This document shows, piece by piece, positions 7,610 to 17,542 of a stretch of DNA of 64,000 bases (the first letter of the stretch is position 1; every line of letters starts with the position of its first letter). Source of the stretch: Escherichia phage Mansfield; the sequence record MK903282.1. The stretch is one strand, 5' to 3'. Position numbers and translations under genes: made by a program. The notes under the pieces are model-generated. The model was given only the letters and a program-made list of their open reading frames with translations. It did no database searches and was not told the DNA's origin.

Positions 7610-9985
7610 ATGAAAATTCTTGGCATAAAACTCTGGGAGAAGACGCAACCAGAAGCCGAACCAGCGGAGATGCCGCCAGGCGACCCATTGGCACCGTTTG
7701 AACGCCTTGAAAGGCGCGGCAGCGGTCAACGCTGGGAAAAGACTGAAAGCAATCGACCGACCTTTAAAACGGTTGATGACTTCCCTTTATATGAACCTGA
7801 TATTAATGGCGACGGTGTTGCTATCATAAAAGGTCGTTCAGTCGATTCCGCAACAGTATCCAAAAAGGTTATGGATAATGCCTTGAAGAACATCAGTTCA
7901 GAAGGGCAGGTCAACCCATACACAGTCCCTATTCAACTTCAAAACTGGTATTTGTCACAGTCATTCATCGGCTATCAAGCTTGTGCCATCATCGCACAGC
8001 ACTGGCTGGTGAACAAGGCGTGTTCCATGGTAGGCCGCGATGCGGTCCGTAAAGGCTGGGAAGTCAAATCCAGTTCTGAGTCAGAATTATCAGTGCAGGC
8101 CAGCGAACGCCTAAAGCAAATTGATAAAGAATTTAATATCAAAGAGCACTTAGTTGAAGCCGAACGATTCAAAAATATTTTTGGTATCCGCGTCATCATA
8201 TTTGATGTGCGTAGTGATGACCCAGAATACTACAGCAAACCTTTTAACATTGATGGTGTGACAAAGGGGTCTTATAAGGGAATCATTCAGGTTGACCCTT
8301 ATTGGATGATGCCATTTTTGACGTCTGAAAACACCGCCGACCCTGCATCACAGCACTTCTATGATCCAGAATACTGGGTGATCAGTGGACAACGTTATCA
8401 TCGAAGCCACCTGATCATTTTGCGCAACGATGAGCCAGCTGATATTCTCAAGCCGACTTATATTTACGGCGGCATTCCTTTGACTCAGCAGATTTATGAA
8501 CGCATCTATGCCGCTGAGCGTACCGCTAACGAAGCGCCATTGCTGGCGATGTCCAAGCGTACAACCACGCTGCGGACCGACGTTGACAAGGCGATTGCCA
8601 ATGAGAGGTCTTTTGCTGAACGTCTGATGATGTGGATTAAGTACCGCGACAACTATGCAGTCAAAGTGCTTGGTCAAAAAGAAGAGATGGACCAGTTCGA
8701 CATCAACTTGTCAGACTTCGATAGCATCATCATGAACCAGTACCAGCTGGTGGCTGCAATCGCAAAAGTTCCGTCAACCAAACTTCTTGGGACTTCGCCA
8801 AAAGGCTTTAACGCCACTGGTGAATTTGAGATGGTCAGCTATCACGAAGAGTTGGAAACTTGCCAGCAGCATGACCTGACAAAAATTCTCGACCGCCATT
8901 ACAAAATCCTTCTCAAATCAGAAGGGGTGGAAGTCGATGTTAAGGTCGCATGGGAACCAGTTGGCTCACTTACTGCTACTCAACTTGCAGAAATCAACGA
9001 CAAGCGAGCTAACACTGGCAAAACTCTTATTGATGCTGGCGTCATTTCTCCTGATGAAGAGCGCGACCGCATCAAAGACGACAAAAACAGCGGCTACAAC
9101 CGTCTGCCGGAAGACGCAGCAGAAGAAACCCCAGGGATGTCTCCAGAGAATATGGCATTGCTTGGCAAGTCTGCTGGTGAAGTCCTGCAAGGCAAGGCCG
9201 ATATTGAACAGGCGAAAGCTGATGTCGTTAAGATGGGCGGCCAGTTCTATAGCGAAACAGGTATTATGCCAGAAGGTGCCGCGCGTGGTGAGTTGGCGGA
9301 AAACCCTGACAAAGCGCCTGTCGAAATCAACATGGACGATACCGATGATGAATCAAGCCATCAGGTTGATGTCCTAACGCAGTTGAAAGAAGGTCTGGAG
9401 GGTATTGCTGATTATTACCTGAAAGAAGGTCAGGATGTGGATTTTGACCCTCAAAAAGATTCACGGTCGGTACAACCGTCTACCCTTCCAAGCGTCAAAG
9501 GTAATGTCGTTAACTTACGACACAACGTTGGAAAGATGGATGCAGCATCGTTACCTAAGATGAAGTTGCACGGGCTGATTCTTGGGATTGAGAATCCTCG
9601 CAACAGCATCCGTAGAGGGAACAGCCTTGACGGTGAATGGGCAGTCAAGATGCCGCATCACTACGGATTCATCAAGGGCACTAAGGGCGCGGACGGCGAT
9701 GAAGTCGACTGCTTTGTTGGTCCAAATATGAAGTCGCCGAAGGTCTTTATCGTTAACCAGAATGATAATTACTCTGGCGAGTTTGATGAACACAAGTGCA
9801 TGCTTGGATTCGATTCAGCAGAAGAAGCGAAAGAAGCTTATCAAGCATCATTTGGTAACGGGTGGAACGGATTTGACTCAATCCACGAATTGGATGTAAA
9901 CTCGTTCAAGGAGTGGTTGAAGGGTGATTGCTCTCAAGCATACGGAGCACTCAATAATCCTACTAATTCACCGAAGCAAGGTTGA
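7610..9985 (+). CDS. portal protein with C-terminal inorganic pyrophosphatase-like domain
   Basis: ORF track 7577 is a TTG start; ATG at 7610 has AGGTGG RBS 8 nt upstream. About 790 aa, immediately after terminase; acidic linker then C-terminal domain with HYGFIKGT...GADGDEVDCFVG matching family I pyrophosphatase signature. Confidence 0.7.
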   Translation: MKILGIKLWEKTQPEAEPAEMPPGDPLAPFERLERRGSGQRWEKTESNRPTFKTVDDFPLYEPDINGDGVAIIKGRSVDSATVSKKVMDNALKNISSEGQVNPYTVPIQLQNWYLSQSFIGYQACAIIAQHWLVNKACSMVGRDAVRKGWEVKSSSESELSVQASERLKQIDKEFNIKEHLVEAERFKNIFGIRVIIFDVRSDDPEYYSKPFNIDGVTKGSYKGIIQVDPYWMMPFLTSENTADPASQHFYDPEYWVISGQRYHRSHLIILRNDEPADILKPTYIYGGIPLTQQIYERIYAAERTANEAPLLAMSKRTTTLRTDVDKAIANERSFAERLMMWIKYRDNYAVKVLGQKEEMDQFDINLSDFDSIIMNQYQLVAAIAKVPSTKLLGTSPKGFNATGEFEMVSYHEELETCQQHDLTKILDRHYKILLKSEGVEVDVKVAWEPVGSLTATQLAEINDKRANTGKTLIDAGVISPDEERDRIKDDKNSGYNRLPEDAAEETPGMSPENMALLGKSAGEVLQGKADIEQAKADVVKMGGQFYSETGIMPEGAARGELAENPDKAPVEINMDDTDDESSHQVDVLTQLKEGLEGIADYYLKEGQDVDFDPQKDSRSVQPSTLPSVKGNVVNLRHNVGKMDAASLPKMKLHGLILGIENPRNSIRRGNSLDGEWAVKMPHHYGFIKGTKGADGDEVDCFVGPNMKSPKVFIVNQNDNYSGEFDEHKCMLGFDSAEEAKEAYQASFGNGWNGFDSIHELDVNSFKEWLKGDCSQAYGALNNPTNSPKQG

Positions 9986-9986
9986 T

Positions 9987-10838
9987 ATGGCTTTTAAAGC
10001 TTCGAAAAAACGTGAACGCCGCTCACCCGATAGAATCGGGCGCGGCAGTCCGATAATCCCGTCAAACGCTATTGCGATGGCCTACCGTCGTGAGATGAAA
10101 GGTCTTTGCTATGCGATGATTGATGACTATCAAGCAGGCATTTCAGAATGGCTTGATAAGAAGCAGGTGCAGAAGTTTTTTGCGCAAGACTCTGCTGATT
10201 CTACATTCCAGACTCTCATGAAACGGCTGCAGCTGAAATGGGCAAAGGCGTTTGCACGTGTTGGGTCGAAGATTGCCGCTGATTTTATCAAATCGGTCGA
10301 AAAGGGTGCCACTTCTGCTACATTCGCAAGCCTTAAGTCCGCAGGCATAGAAGCGCCAAAGGCCACATATAACAAATTCGTTGAGAACACTCTTAGAACA
10401 AGCGAGACGTTTAACACGACTCTAGTGACTAAGGTCGGCGAGGATATTCACAACAGAGTGTACGAAGCAGTCATGCTTTCGCTGACTTCGCCCGACCCAG
10501 CCCAGCAAGGAACGTCAGGCATTCAGGCGGCGTTGCGAAACGTAAAACACTTCTCTGCAAAGAGGGTCGACTTGATCGCTAAAGACCAGACAAGCAAATT
10601 GTATTGCGTTCTAAGCGATGAAAGGATGCGCCAGAATGGAGTCGAAGAATTTGAGTGGGCGCACTCAGGAGCAGGAAAGGAGCCGCGAATCTCTCATGAA
10701 CACGTCGACGGAATGAGATTCAAACTTGACGACAAGCGACTATGGGAAGTTGACGGCGAATTGAAGTTCAAAAAGGGTGACATCGGTCCTCCTGGATGGG
10801 CAATACACTGCAAGTGCAGAAAAATACCAATCATTTGA
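9987..10838 (+). CDS. head morphogenesis protein (Mu gpF / SPP1 gp7-like minor head protein)
   Basis: Position directly after portal; C-terminal conserved HEHVDG...GWAIHCKCRK region typical of MuF-like proteins; ATG at 9987 abuts portal stop. Confidence 0.65.
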   Translation: MAFKASKKRERRSPDRIGRGSPIIPSNAIAMAYRREMKGLCYAMIDDYQAGISEWLDKKQVQKFFAQDSADSTFQTLMKRLQLKWAKAFARVGSKIAADFIKSVEKGATSATFASLKSAGIEAPKATYNKFVENTLRTSETFNTTLVTKVGEDIHNRVYEAVMLSLTSPDPAQQGTSGIQAALRNVKHFSAKRVDLIAKDQTSKLYCVLSDERMRQNGVEEFEWAHSGAGKEPRISHEHVDGMRFKLDDKRLWEVDGELKFKKGDIGPPGWAIHCKCRKIPII

Positions 10839-10845
10839 GGTCATT

Positions 10846-11766
10846 ATGACGATACCAATCAGCACGTTTCCTCTATCTGGACAAACGCCAGTATTGCCTG
10901 CTGTATATGCTAACGGTTTGGCGATTGTTTCAGATTTTACATCCGACAAAAACCTGATTGTTCCATTGAGTCCGCCATTGGCGTCTGGATACAATTCAGT
11001 TGGTCAATTCTTTATGATCGGTAATGACGGCGATTCTACCAGCAAGCCGAATCTGACACTTTCAGTTCCCAAAATGAACATAACAGACGTGCAGACTGGT
11101 TTAACTGCGTCTACAATCACCATCGCTTTTGGCGAAGCAGTGATTATAGGCATGGAGTCTGGAGGGTCCAAGAATGCTGTCGCCGTTAAGGTAGTCAAAT
11201 CCAGCGGCAATCAATACACGTTACCAGCGGCAACGGCTTCTGTTCTCGGCGGCGTCAAAATAGGAAGTGGCATAAGCGTTGCAGGTGACGGTACAATTAG
11301 CGTGACTCAATACTCGTTACCGATTGCATCAGCATCAACCTTAGGTGGCGTAAAGGTAGGCACGACATTATCAATTGATGGTTCTGGAGTTCTTAATATT
11401 CCGTCAAGCACTGTGCAAAACGCAAGCAATAGTGTAAGCAATCCTCCGACAACTCTGGTGAATCTGGCAACATTAAACCTGCCTGCAGGGAAATGGCTTG
11501 TGACGGCAAGTCAGTTGACTGTCGCGACAGCAGGAATTCAAGCGAATACCGGAATTACAGTCAAATTGTCAACGAGCAATTCAGATATTACTGATGATGC
11601 ATTTACGATGTCAGCTGGCATTCGGGCTGCAGGTCGTTTCGGCGGCAATATTCCAACAAAGATAATTACTCTTGCCGCGCCTGGCAATGTGTATCTAAAC
11701 TATCAATGCACAGATGCGTTGACGTCTACCGTTTACGGACAGATCACCGCAATTAAGTTGAACTAA
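10846..11766 (+). CDS. virion structural protein with internal tandem repeats (fiber-like)
   Basis: ATG at 10846 with GAGGT RBS; repeats ATASVLGGVKIGSGISVAGDGTISVT and ASASTLGGVKVGTTLSIDGSGVLNI. Confidence 0.45.
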   Translation: MTIPISTFPLSGQTPVLPAVYANGLAIVSDFTSDKNLIVPLSPPLASGYNSVGQFFMIGNDGDSTSKPNLTLSVPKMNITDVQTGLTASTITIAFGEAVIIGMESGGSKNAVAVKVVKSSGNQYTLPAATASVLGGVKIGSGISVAGDGTISVTQYSLPIASASTLGGVKVGTTLSIDGSGVLNIPSSTVQNASNSVSNPPTTLVNLATLNLPAGKWLVTASQLTVATAGIQANTGITVKLSTSNSDITDDAFTMSAGIRAAGRFGGNIPTKIITLAAPGNVYLNYQCTDALTSTVYGQITAIKLN

Positions 11767-11776
11767 AGAGGAAGTT

Positions 11777-11914
11777 ATGCAAAAGATTATTCAGTCACGT
11801 TATGTTAAAGTGCGAAATATTAATTGCAACTCTCTGCTTTCTTGGAAATGGGCCGTTTACGATTCGATGCTGATTGGCGTTTTAGTTGCTGGAGTGCTTT
11901 TTAATATTCACTGA
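11777..11914 (+). CDS. small hydrophobic ORF (45 aa), hypothetical
   Basis: Unlisted ORF with AGAGGAAG RBS; C-terminal hydrophobic segment MLIGVLVAGVLF. Confidence 0.25.
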   Translation: MQKIIQSRYVKVRNINCNSLLSWKWAVYDSMLIGVLVAGVLFNIH

Positions 11915-11944
11915 ATCGCCTGGCAATGGATTGCCGCAGGATTT

Positions 11945-12235
11945 TACGCGTATAATGACGTATCATCCGTATCAAGTAAGTATTTGTTTTCAAAAGAATC
12001 TTACGTATGATACGGATGATACGCGTTGCCGCGATACTTTATAGGAATTCAAATAAATTAATTTAAAATTATATATCTAATTTAATTTTATTTTTTTATA
12101 AACTCTTATATATGAAAAGTATCCGTATCATCCGTATCATCCGTAGCACACCAGTGATAGCGCGGCTTATACACCGATACGGATAAAAATACGCCTCATT
12201 TTATCCGTATCATCCGTATCACACTAATTAAGGCG
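11945..12235. repeat. iteron-like repeat region: about 10 copies of 9-mer ATCCGTATC/GATACGGAT in both orientations flanking an AT-rich stretch
   Basis: Read directly: GTATCATCCGTATCA (11960-11974), inverted TGATACGGATGATACGCG (12008-12025), tandem ATCCGTATCATCCGTATCATCCGTAGC (12121-12147), GATACGGAT (about 12176-12184), TTATCCGTATCATCCGTATCACAC (12201-12224); AT-rich block 12040-12120. Confidence 0.6.
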
Positions 12236-12278
12236 CGGCTATATCGGTTGTTATACATATTCAAACCATAATTATTGT

Positions 12279-12307
12279 TTGCCTAAGTTTTTTTCATTAG
12301 ATATAAT
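12279..12307 (+). promoter_or_regulatory. sigma70-like promoter for scaffold/capsid operon
   Basis: TTGCCT-N17-TATAAT upstream of the scaffold gene. Confidence 0.4.
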
Positions 12308-12336
12308 ACACAATACTTATTTGAGGGTGGATGCGA

Positions 12337-13752
12337 ATGCAAACGGCACGCGAAATTGACAAAAATGGATTCTTGACGATTGTGGGTTGTCCCATTTCGT
12401 CATTTGGCATTTTTGATTATTCTGCAGGTCAGGTTGGACTTGATGGTGATCCGAATCGCATCGTAAAAGTTTATCGCCCAGAGTCAGCGGTGAAAGACCC
12501 CGAAGCGATAGATTCATTCAAAAATATCCCTTTCATCGACAATCACGAAATGCTTTCTGGATTCGAAGGTGATGAGGATAACACAGCACCCGAAGAGTAT
12601 GGCGTTGATGGAGTTCTAACTGGCAATGTTTATTATGACAAGCCATGGATGCGCGGCGACCTTAAAGTGTTTAGCCGTCGTCTGAAGAAGGCCATCGACT
12701 CTGGAAAGGTTGACTTGTCTTTGGGCTATGACTGTGAATTCATCATACAGTCTGGAGAGTTTGACGGGCAGCCGTATGAAGTGGTGCAGACAACTCTTCG
12801 CGGCAACCACATTGCTCTCGTGGACGTTGGTCGAGTACCAGGTGCACGGGTGCTGGATGGTCGTTGCTTTGACCATCTTTGTTTGACGACTGTAACACCA
12901 TCCAACGAGGATTTAGACATGCCAAAACCGTTAAAAGGTAAAGCGCGTGATAACGCTGTTGAACAGCTGAAATCACTGATCCCTGCGCTCGAACAATTTC
13001 TGAATGAAGAGAGCACCGAAGCTGCTCATCAGGACGAAGTTGAAGTGAAAGCAGAAGAGAAGGATTCAACCGAAGAACGTGAAGAAGTGATGGTTGATCC
13101 AGAAGTCAAAGCAGAAGCTGAAGAGACTCCAGAAGGTGAAGAGAAGTTTGAAGTTGAAACTGAATCTCACGCTGGCGGCGAGCTTCCGCAACTGATCAGC
13201 CAAATCGAAGCACTTATTGCAAAACTGAAAGGTGGCGCGGTAGGTGATGAAGAAGAAGTTGAAGCCGAAGTCAAAGACGAAGAAGAAGTTGAAGTCAAGG
13301 CTGAAGATGTATCACCTTGCGACAAAGCTGAAGATGTGGTTAGCGGCCTGCAAAACAGCAACGTAAAGGGGGCTTCGGTCGAAAAAGATGACAAACCGAC
13401 AAAAGCGGCGAAAGCGTCGCCAGGTCCAGCAAAAGGGGAACACTCAATGGCATCTGATTCAGCAGTTGCTGCTTTCTACGCTGATTCTGCTCGTAAGAAT
13501 AGCCTCTACCAGCGCCTGTCTAAAGTTGTTGGTGCCTTTGATCATGCAACTATGGACTCCAAGTCCGTAGCGAAATATGGCGCTAAAAAGTTAGGCTTGA
13601 AGTGCGTTGATGGCGCTGAGTTTGACGTTGTGGATAACTATCTGCGCGGCGTTGAACACGGTCAAAAACAGCGTGTAGTCGCAAAACAAAAGGCCGCTGC
13701 GGATTCTGCAGCAACTGACGAAGCATTTGAAGCTTGGTTGAAAGGGGAATAA
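12337..13752 (+). CDS. capsid scaffolding protein (acidic, coiled-coil; N-terminal globular domain of unknown function, possibly protease-like)
   Basis: Glu/Val/Lys-rich low-complexity middle (EVEVKAEEKD..., DEEEVEAEVKDEEEVEVKAED), located between head morphogenesis gene and capsid gene; ATG 12337 better spaced from GAGGGTGG than 12331. Confidence 0.5.
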   Translation: MQTAREIDKNGFLTIVGCPISSFGIFDYSAGQVGLDGDPNRIVKVYRPESAVKDPEAIDSFKNIPFIDNHEMLSGFEGDEDNTAPEEYGVDGVLTGNVYYDKPWMRGDLKVFSRRLKKAIDSGKVDLSLGYDCEFIIQSGEFDGQPYEVVQTTLRGNHIALVDVGRVPGARVLDGRCFDHLCLTTVTPSNEDLDMPKPLKGKARDNAVEQLKSLIPALEQFLNEESTEAAHQDEVEVKAEEKDSTEEREEVMVDPEVKAEAEETPEGEEKFEVETESHAGGELPQLISQIEALIAKLKGGAVGDEEEVEAEVKDEEEVEVKAEDVSPCDKAEDVVSGLQNSNVKGASVEKDDKPTKAAKASPGPAKGEHSMASDSAVAAFYADSARKNSLYQRLSKVVGAFDHATMDSKSVAKYGAKKLGLKCVDGAEFDVVDNYLRGVEHGQKQRVVAKQKAAADSAATDEAFEAWLKGE

Positions 13753-13754
13753 AC

Positions 13755-14372
13755 ATGACTTTCCAAACTAGTGTAGGCCGTCAATATACAACTGGCTTTC
13801 CTGGCGACATCGTTCGCGACGGCCCACAGCGTGGGAAGCCAGGTCGAATCGTTAGCGCCAACGACGGTGCAAACGTAAACGCCATCAGCCGTGTGTTCGG
13901 TTTTAAGGCTGACGTATCTTTAATGGGTACTGGCCAAACCAAAACTTTGGGCGCGCAGGACTTTGAAGTTGAGCTGGGCGGCACCAACTACTACGGCATC
14001 CTCGGTAATAGCAAGCGTTACGCGCTGTATGGCAACTCTACTGGTCCTTTGGGTGCCAGCATGGTTCTGCCTCAATATAGCGAAGGCGAGTTCTATGATA
14101 TGTGCACGGGCCTCGTAGTTGAAGTATTCAACCCAAGCACCAGCCCGCAGACGCTGAACTACGGCGACCTGCTCGCTTATGTACCTAAAGGCATTTCAAG
14201 CGTGAACAACCCGAACAACTTGCCTATTGGTGCAATTATCGCCTATACTGGCTCACTGCCAACTGGCATGGTTGCCATCCCAGGCGGTATTGTGATTGAC
14301 CCGACTGCTATTGCCCTTTCCGGCCCAAGCGTCCAGTCTTCCACTTATACCATTGTACAATTGACTCGTTAA
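13755..14372 (+). CDS. hypothetical head protein
   Basis: ATG 13755 with AAAGGGGA RBS right after scaffold stop; sits between scaffold and capsid genes. Confidence 0.4.
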   Translation: MTFQTSVGRQYTTGFPGDIVRDGPQRGKPGRIVSANDGANVNAISRVFGFKADVSLMGTGQTKTLGAQDFEVELGGTNYYGILGNSKRYALYGNSTGPLGASMVLPQYSEGEFYDMCTGLVVEVFNPSTSPQTLNYGDLLAYVPKGISSVNNPNNLPIGAIIAYTGSLPTGMVAIPGGIVIDPTAIALSGPSVQSSTYTIVQLTR

Positions 14373-14386
14373 TAGGCAGGTGAATA

Positions 14387-15526
14387 ATGACTCGCATTAG
14401 CCAAACACACTCTCGCCTCCCAGCGAGCAAGGTGCGCCCTTTTGATATGCAATCCGTGACCGACGCGGCTGTTTCCCAGCTTGCTCGTATCGGTATTGTG
14501 TTTGATTCCGCGATTGTGCGTGATCAGATTGAGCACTTAAACCGTGCAGGCGCTTTCCGCGTAGGTGACGCCGCGTTTACCGCGCCGCAGACCACGCCAT
14601 CAATCCCGACCCCGCTGCAGTTCCTGCAACAGTGGCTGCCTGGCTTCGTCAAAATCATGACCGCTGCCCGTAAAATTGACGAGCTGGTTGGTATTGACAC
14701 CGTTGGTCAGTGGGAAGATGCAGAAATCGTTCAGGGCATCGTTGAACCAGCTGGCACCGCAGTTGAATATGGTGATTTCACTTCTATTCCTCTGGCAAGC
14801 TGGAACGTGAACTTTGAACGCCGTTCCATCGTTCGCGGTGAAATGGGCATGGCAGTCGGCATGCTGGAAGAAGGCCGCGCGTCTGCGATGCGTCTGAACT
14901 CCGCAGAGACCAAGCGCCAGCAGGCTGCTGTATCTCTGGAAATCATGCGTAACGCAATCGGCTTCTATGGTTGGTACAACGGGAACAACCGCACGTTCGG
15001 CTTCCTGAATGATCCAAACCTGCCAGCGGCGATGACTTCAAACACCACTTCCGGCTGGGCTACTGCGACCTTCCAACAGGTGACTGCAGACATCCGTTTG
15101 ATGGTTCGTCAAATTCGTGTAAACTCTCAGGATCAGATTGATCCAGAGAAGGTTGACATGACTCTGGCGTTGCCGACCAACTCTATTGATTGGCTGTCAA
15201 ACACCACAGACTTCGGTATTTCTGTACGTGACTGGATCACCCAGACTTATCCGAAGATGAAGATCAAATCTGCACCGGAACTCAACGGCGCACTTGGCAG
15301 TGACCCGACTTTCCTGAACGTGGCATATCTGTACGCTGATCACATCGATTCCTCAATTGATGGATCAAGCGATGATGGTTCCGTATTCAGTCAGCTGGTC
15401 CAGACTAAGTTCATGACTCTGGGCGTTGAGAAACGTGCTAAGAGCTACGTTGAAGACTACGCAAACGCAACAGCAGGCGTTCTGCTCAAGCGTCCTTTCG
15501 CAGTCGTCCGTATGACTGGTATCTAA
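14387..15526 (+). CDS. major capsid protein (candidate)
   Basis: 379 aa, AGGTGA RBS, strongly biased codon usage (ctg/ggc/cgt) consistent with high expression, follows scaffold, followed by GC-rich stem-loop. Confidence 0.6.
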   Translation: MTRISQTHSRLPASKVRPFDMQSVTDAAVSQLARIGIVFDSAIVRDQIEHLNRAGAFRVGDAAFTAPQTTPSIPTPLQFLQQWLPGFVKIMTAARKIDELVGIDTVGQWEDAEIVQGIVEPAGTAVEYGDFTSIPLASWNVNFERRSIVRGEMGMAVGMLEEGRASAMRLNSAETKRQQAAVSLEIMRNAIGFYGWYNGNNRTFGFLNDPNLPAAMTSNTTSGWATATFQQVTADIRLMVRQIRVNSQDQIDPEKVDMTLALPTNSIDWLSNTTDFGISVRDWITQTYPKMKIKSAPELNGALGSDPTFLNVAYLYADHIDSSIDGSSDDGSVFSQLVQTKFMTLGVEKRAKSYVEDYANATAGVLLKRPFAVVRMTGI

Positions 15527-15553
15527 TTGCTGTGATTACACAGTAAAACACAT

Positions 15554-15579
15554 GGGGCGTGGTCGAAAGGCTTCGCCCC
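15554..15579 (+). terminator. stem-loop after capsid gene (mRNA stabiliser or weak terminator)
   Basis: GGGGCG-N14-CGCCCC; no clear U-tract. Confidence 0.3.
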
Positions 15580-15641
15580 ATATCAATAGACCTCAAGGGC
15601 TGTAGGGGCTTATCTGAGGCTTATATAAATAGGACTACAAA

Positions 15642-16106
15642 ATGCCAAAATACATCGTTTCAACTATGTCTATGTCAGTCAACTACACTTTCTATACGGA
15701 AGTGAAAGAAAACCCGAACGCAAAAGCTGGTTCAGGCGCTCTTCCAAATATTCGAAAACAGATTCTGATCAAGGGCGGCGCTGGTCTTACTTCGGCAACT
15801 TCCGGCTTTGGTGAAATGGCAAAAGGCGCTGATGGTGCACCTTTGTGGACTCCTGAAGGAATCGTCACCGTTGTAAGCGATGCTGATTTTGAACATCTAA
15901 AAGATCATCACGTATTCAAGCAACACCTTGAAAAAGGTCTGGTTAAAGTCGTAAATCACGACATCGTTGGCAATCACAAAGCTGTCGCTAAAGAAGTGCG
16001 CAGCATGTCAGATGACCCGTTCGCACCTATGACGCGTGAGACGGCTGACAAGCGCATCAAGGTTAAATTGAGCGGCGACCAAGAAGATGATTTGTTCCGC
16101 GTTTAA
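15642..16106 (+). CDS. hypothetical structural protein
   Basis: 154-aa ORF in head-neck region. Confidence 0.4.
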   Translation: MPKYIVSTMSMSVNYTFYTEVKENPNAKAGSGALPNIRKQILIKGGAGLTSATSGFGEMAKGADGAPLWTPEGIVTVVSDADFEHLKDHHVFKQHLEKGLVKVVNHDIVGNHKAVAKEVRSMSDDPFAPMTRETADKRIKVKLSGDQEDDLFRV

Positions 16107-16120
16107 ATAAGGTGAATGCC

Positions 16121-16576
16121 ATGTCATTAGATTACGAAAAGTTCAGAATAAAATTTCCACAGTTTGCTGATCAGGTCAAATTCCCTGACACAACGCTTCA
16201 AGTATTCTATGACATGGCATGTGAATTTATTGAATCACAAGACAGTCCTTGTCGTGTTTTAAATGGCAGTAAATTGGAGCTGGCATTGGAATATATGACG
16301 GCTCATCTTTTATGCATATCCGCAGACCAACAGGTGTCTGTGTCTTCTGGCGACGGAGTTGAACAAGGCGGCTTCGTGACTGGTGCGACAATCGGTGACA
16401 TCACCGTGAATAAGGTAGCGCCGCCTGCGAGTGATGGTTGGGAATACTGGCTTTCAAGCACTCCTTATGGTATGGCGCTTTGGGCGCTTCTGCAAGCACT
16501 GGCTGTCGGCGGCTTGTCGTTTGGCGGTCTTCCAGAGCGCGAAGGATTCCGTAAAATTGGTGGGGTATTCTGGTGA
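16121..16576 (+). CDS. head-tail connector / neck protein (candidate)
   Basis: ORF track start 16112 is GTG; ATG 16121 has AAGGTGA RBS; position between capsid and tail genes. Confidence 0.4.
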   Translation: MSLDYEKFRIKFPQFADQVKFPDTTLQVFYDMACEFIESQDSPCRVLNGSKLELALEYMTAHLLCISADQQVSVSSGDGVEQGGFVTGATIGDITVNKVAPPASDGWEYWLSSTPYGMALWALLQALAVGGLSFGGLPEREGFRKIGGVFW

Positions 16577-16959
16577 GGATTCCTGGCGTAAACTTATATC
16601 GAGTTGCGACAAAGGTCATCGGTCGCCAACCGATTCAATATTACATGTACAAGGGGCGTACTCTTGATAAGATGCGCAACTATGTTACCACATATGAAGA
16701 ACCAATCACCCTGCTTGCTTCGGTGCAGGCTGTACTTCGAAATCAATACGTTGAGCTTGGATTAGAGCTTCAAAAGAACTATGTCAAAATTTGGGTAGAC
16801 AAAGACATTGTTGACCTTGACCGTGACGCTTCCGGCGACTATTTTGTGTTTGGTGGGAAAACGTATAAAATGGAAGATGAAACGACATGGTTTGACCAAG
16901 ATGGTTGGACGTCTTGCCTTGCCGTGGAAGTAAAACAAAGCTTTCCAGTGTCTACTTGA
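16573..16959 (+). CDS. neck / head completion protein (candidate)
   Basis: 128-aa ORF, GTG start overlapping upstream stop; gene order. Confidence 0.35.
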   Translation: MRIPGVNLYRVATKVIGRQPIQYYMYKGRTLDKMRNYVTTYEEPITLLASVQAVLRNQYVELGLELQKNYVKIWVDKDIVDLDRDASGDYFVFGGKTYKMEDETTWFDQDGWTSCLAVEVKQSFPVST

Positions 16960-16966
16960 GGTGTAT

Positions 16967-17542
16967 ATGACAGATGTCGACCTGATTGACATGCTGGCAA
17001 CGCGAATTGAAGAAGGTCTGGCGGCGTATAGTCGTGCAGACCTTTCTGCTGTTCCGGTCCAGAAAAAGTATCAACCGACTCAACAGGGTATTCCGACTGG
17101 TGACCAAATTTGGTTTAACCTTTTATTCTCAGTTCCGTTTGGATGGTCAATGAGGAAAAGTGAATTTGTCAATGATGAGTCTCAATTTGTAAACGGAAAA
17201 TTCAAAGATGTTGAAGATCAAATATACGCCACACGTTTTCAAATCAGCGGCTTATTTCCAGAAGTTCCTGGCAATCCAGAAAAGCCTACTGCTAATGACG
17301 TGTTGACTTATTTGGCAAGATTCATAACTCATAAAGCTAATCTGAGAGATTGGTTCAAAAAGCACCAAGCTTCAGTATATCGAATCGACATGAATAATAA
17401 TGAAAAGTTTTATGATGACATGTCTCAATTTGAATCATTCCCTTCTTTTGATTTAGTAATACTTCACAGAAACGCAATTTCAATTGATACTCCTGCAGTG
17501 GCAAGAGCTGTTAATAATGACTTGGGTGACGTTCCGGTGTGA
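16967..17542 (+). CDS. neck / tail completion protein (candidate)
   Basis: ATG 16967 with GAGGTG RBS (track start 16961 is GTG); gene order. Confidence 0.35.
   Translation: MTDVDLIDMLATRIEEGLAAYSRADLSAVPVQKKYQPTQQGIPTGDQIWFNLLFSVPFGWSMRKSEFVNDESQFVNGKFKDVEDQIYATRFQISGLFPEVPGNPEKPTANDVLTYLARFITHKANLRDWFKKHQASVYRIDMNNNEKFYDDMSQFESFPSFDLVILHRNAISIDTPAVARAVNNDLGDVPV

Noticed and set aside
11945-12235. Possible CRISPR array suggested by the short repeated 9-mers
   Set aside because: Repeats are only 9 bp, occur in both orientations, and are not separated by uniform-length unique spacers; iteron/operator-like, not CRISPR.
15554-15579. Stem-loop after the capsid gene as a strong terminator
   Set aside because: No U-tract follows the hairpin and the next gene is only 60 nt downstream; more likely an mRNA-stabilising or processing hairpin, so kept at low confidence only.
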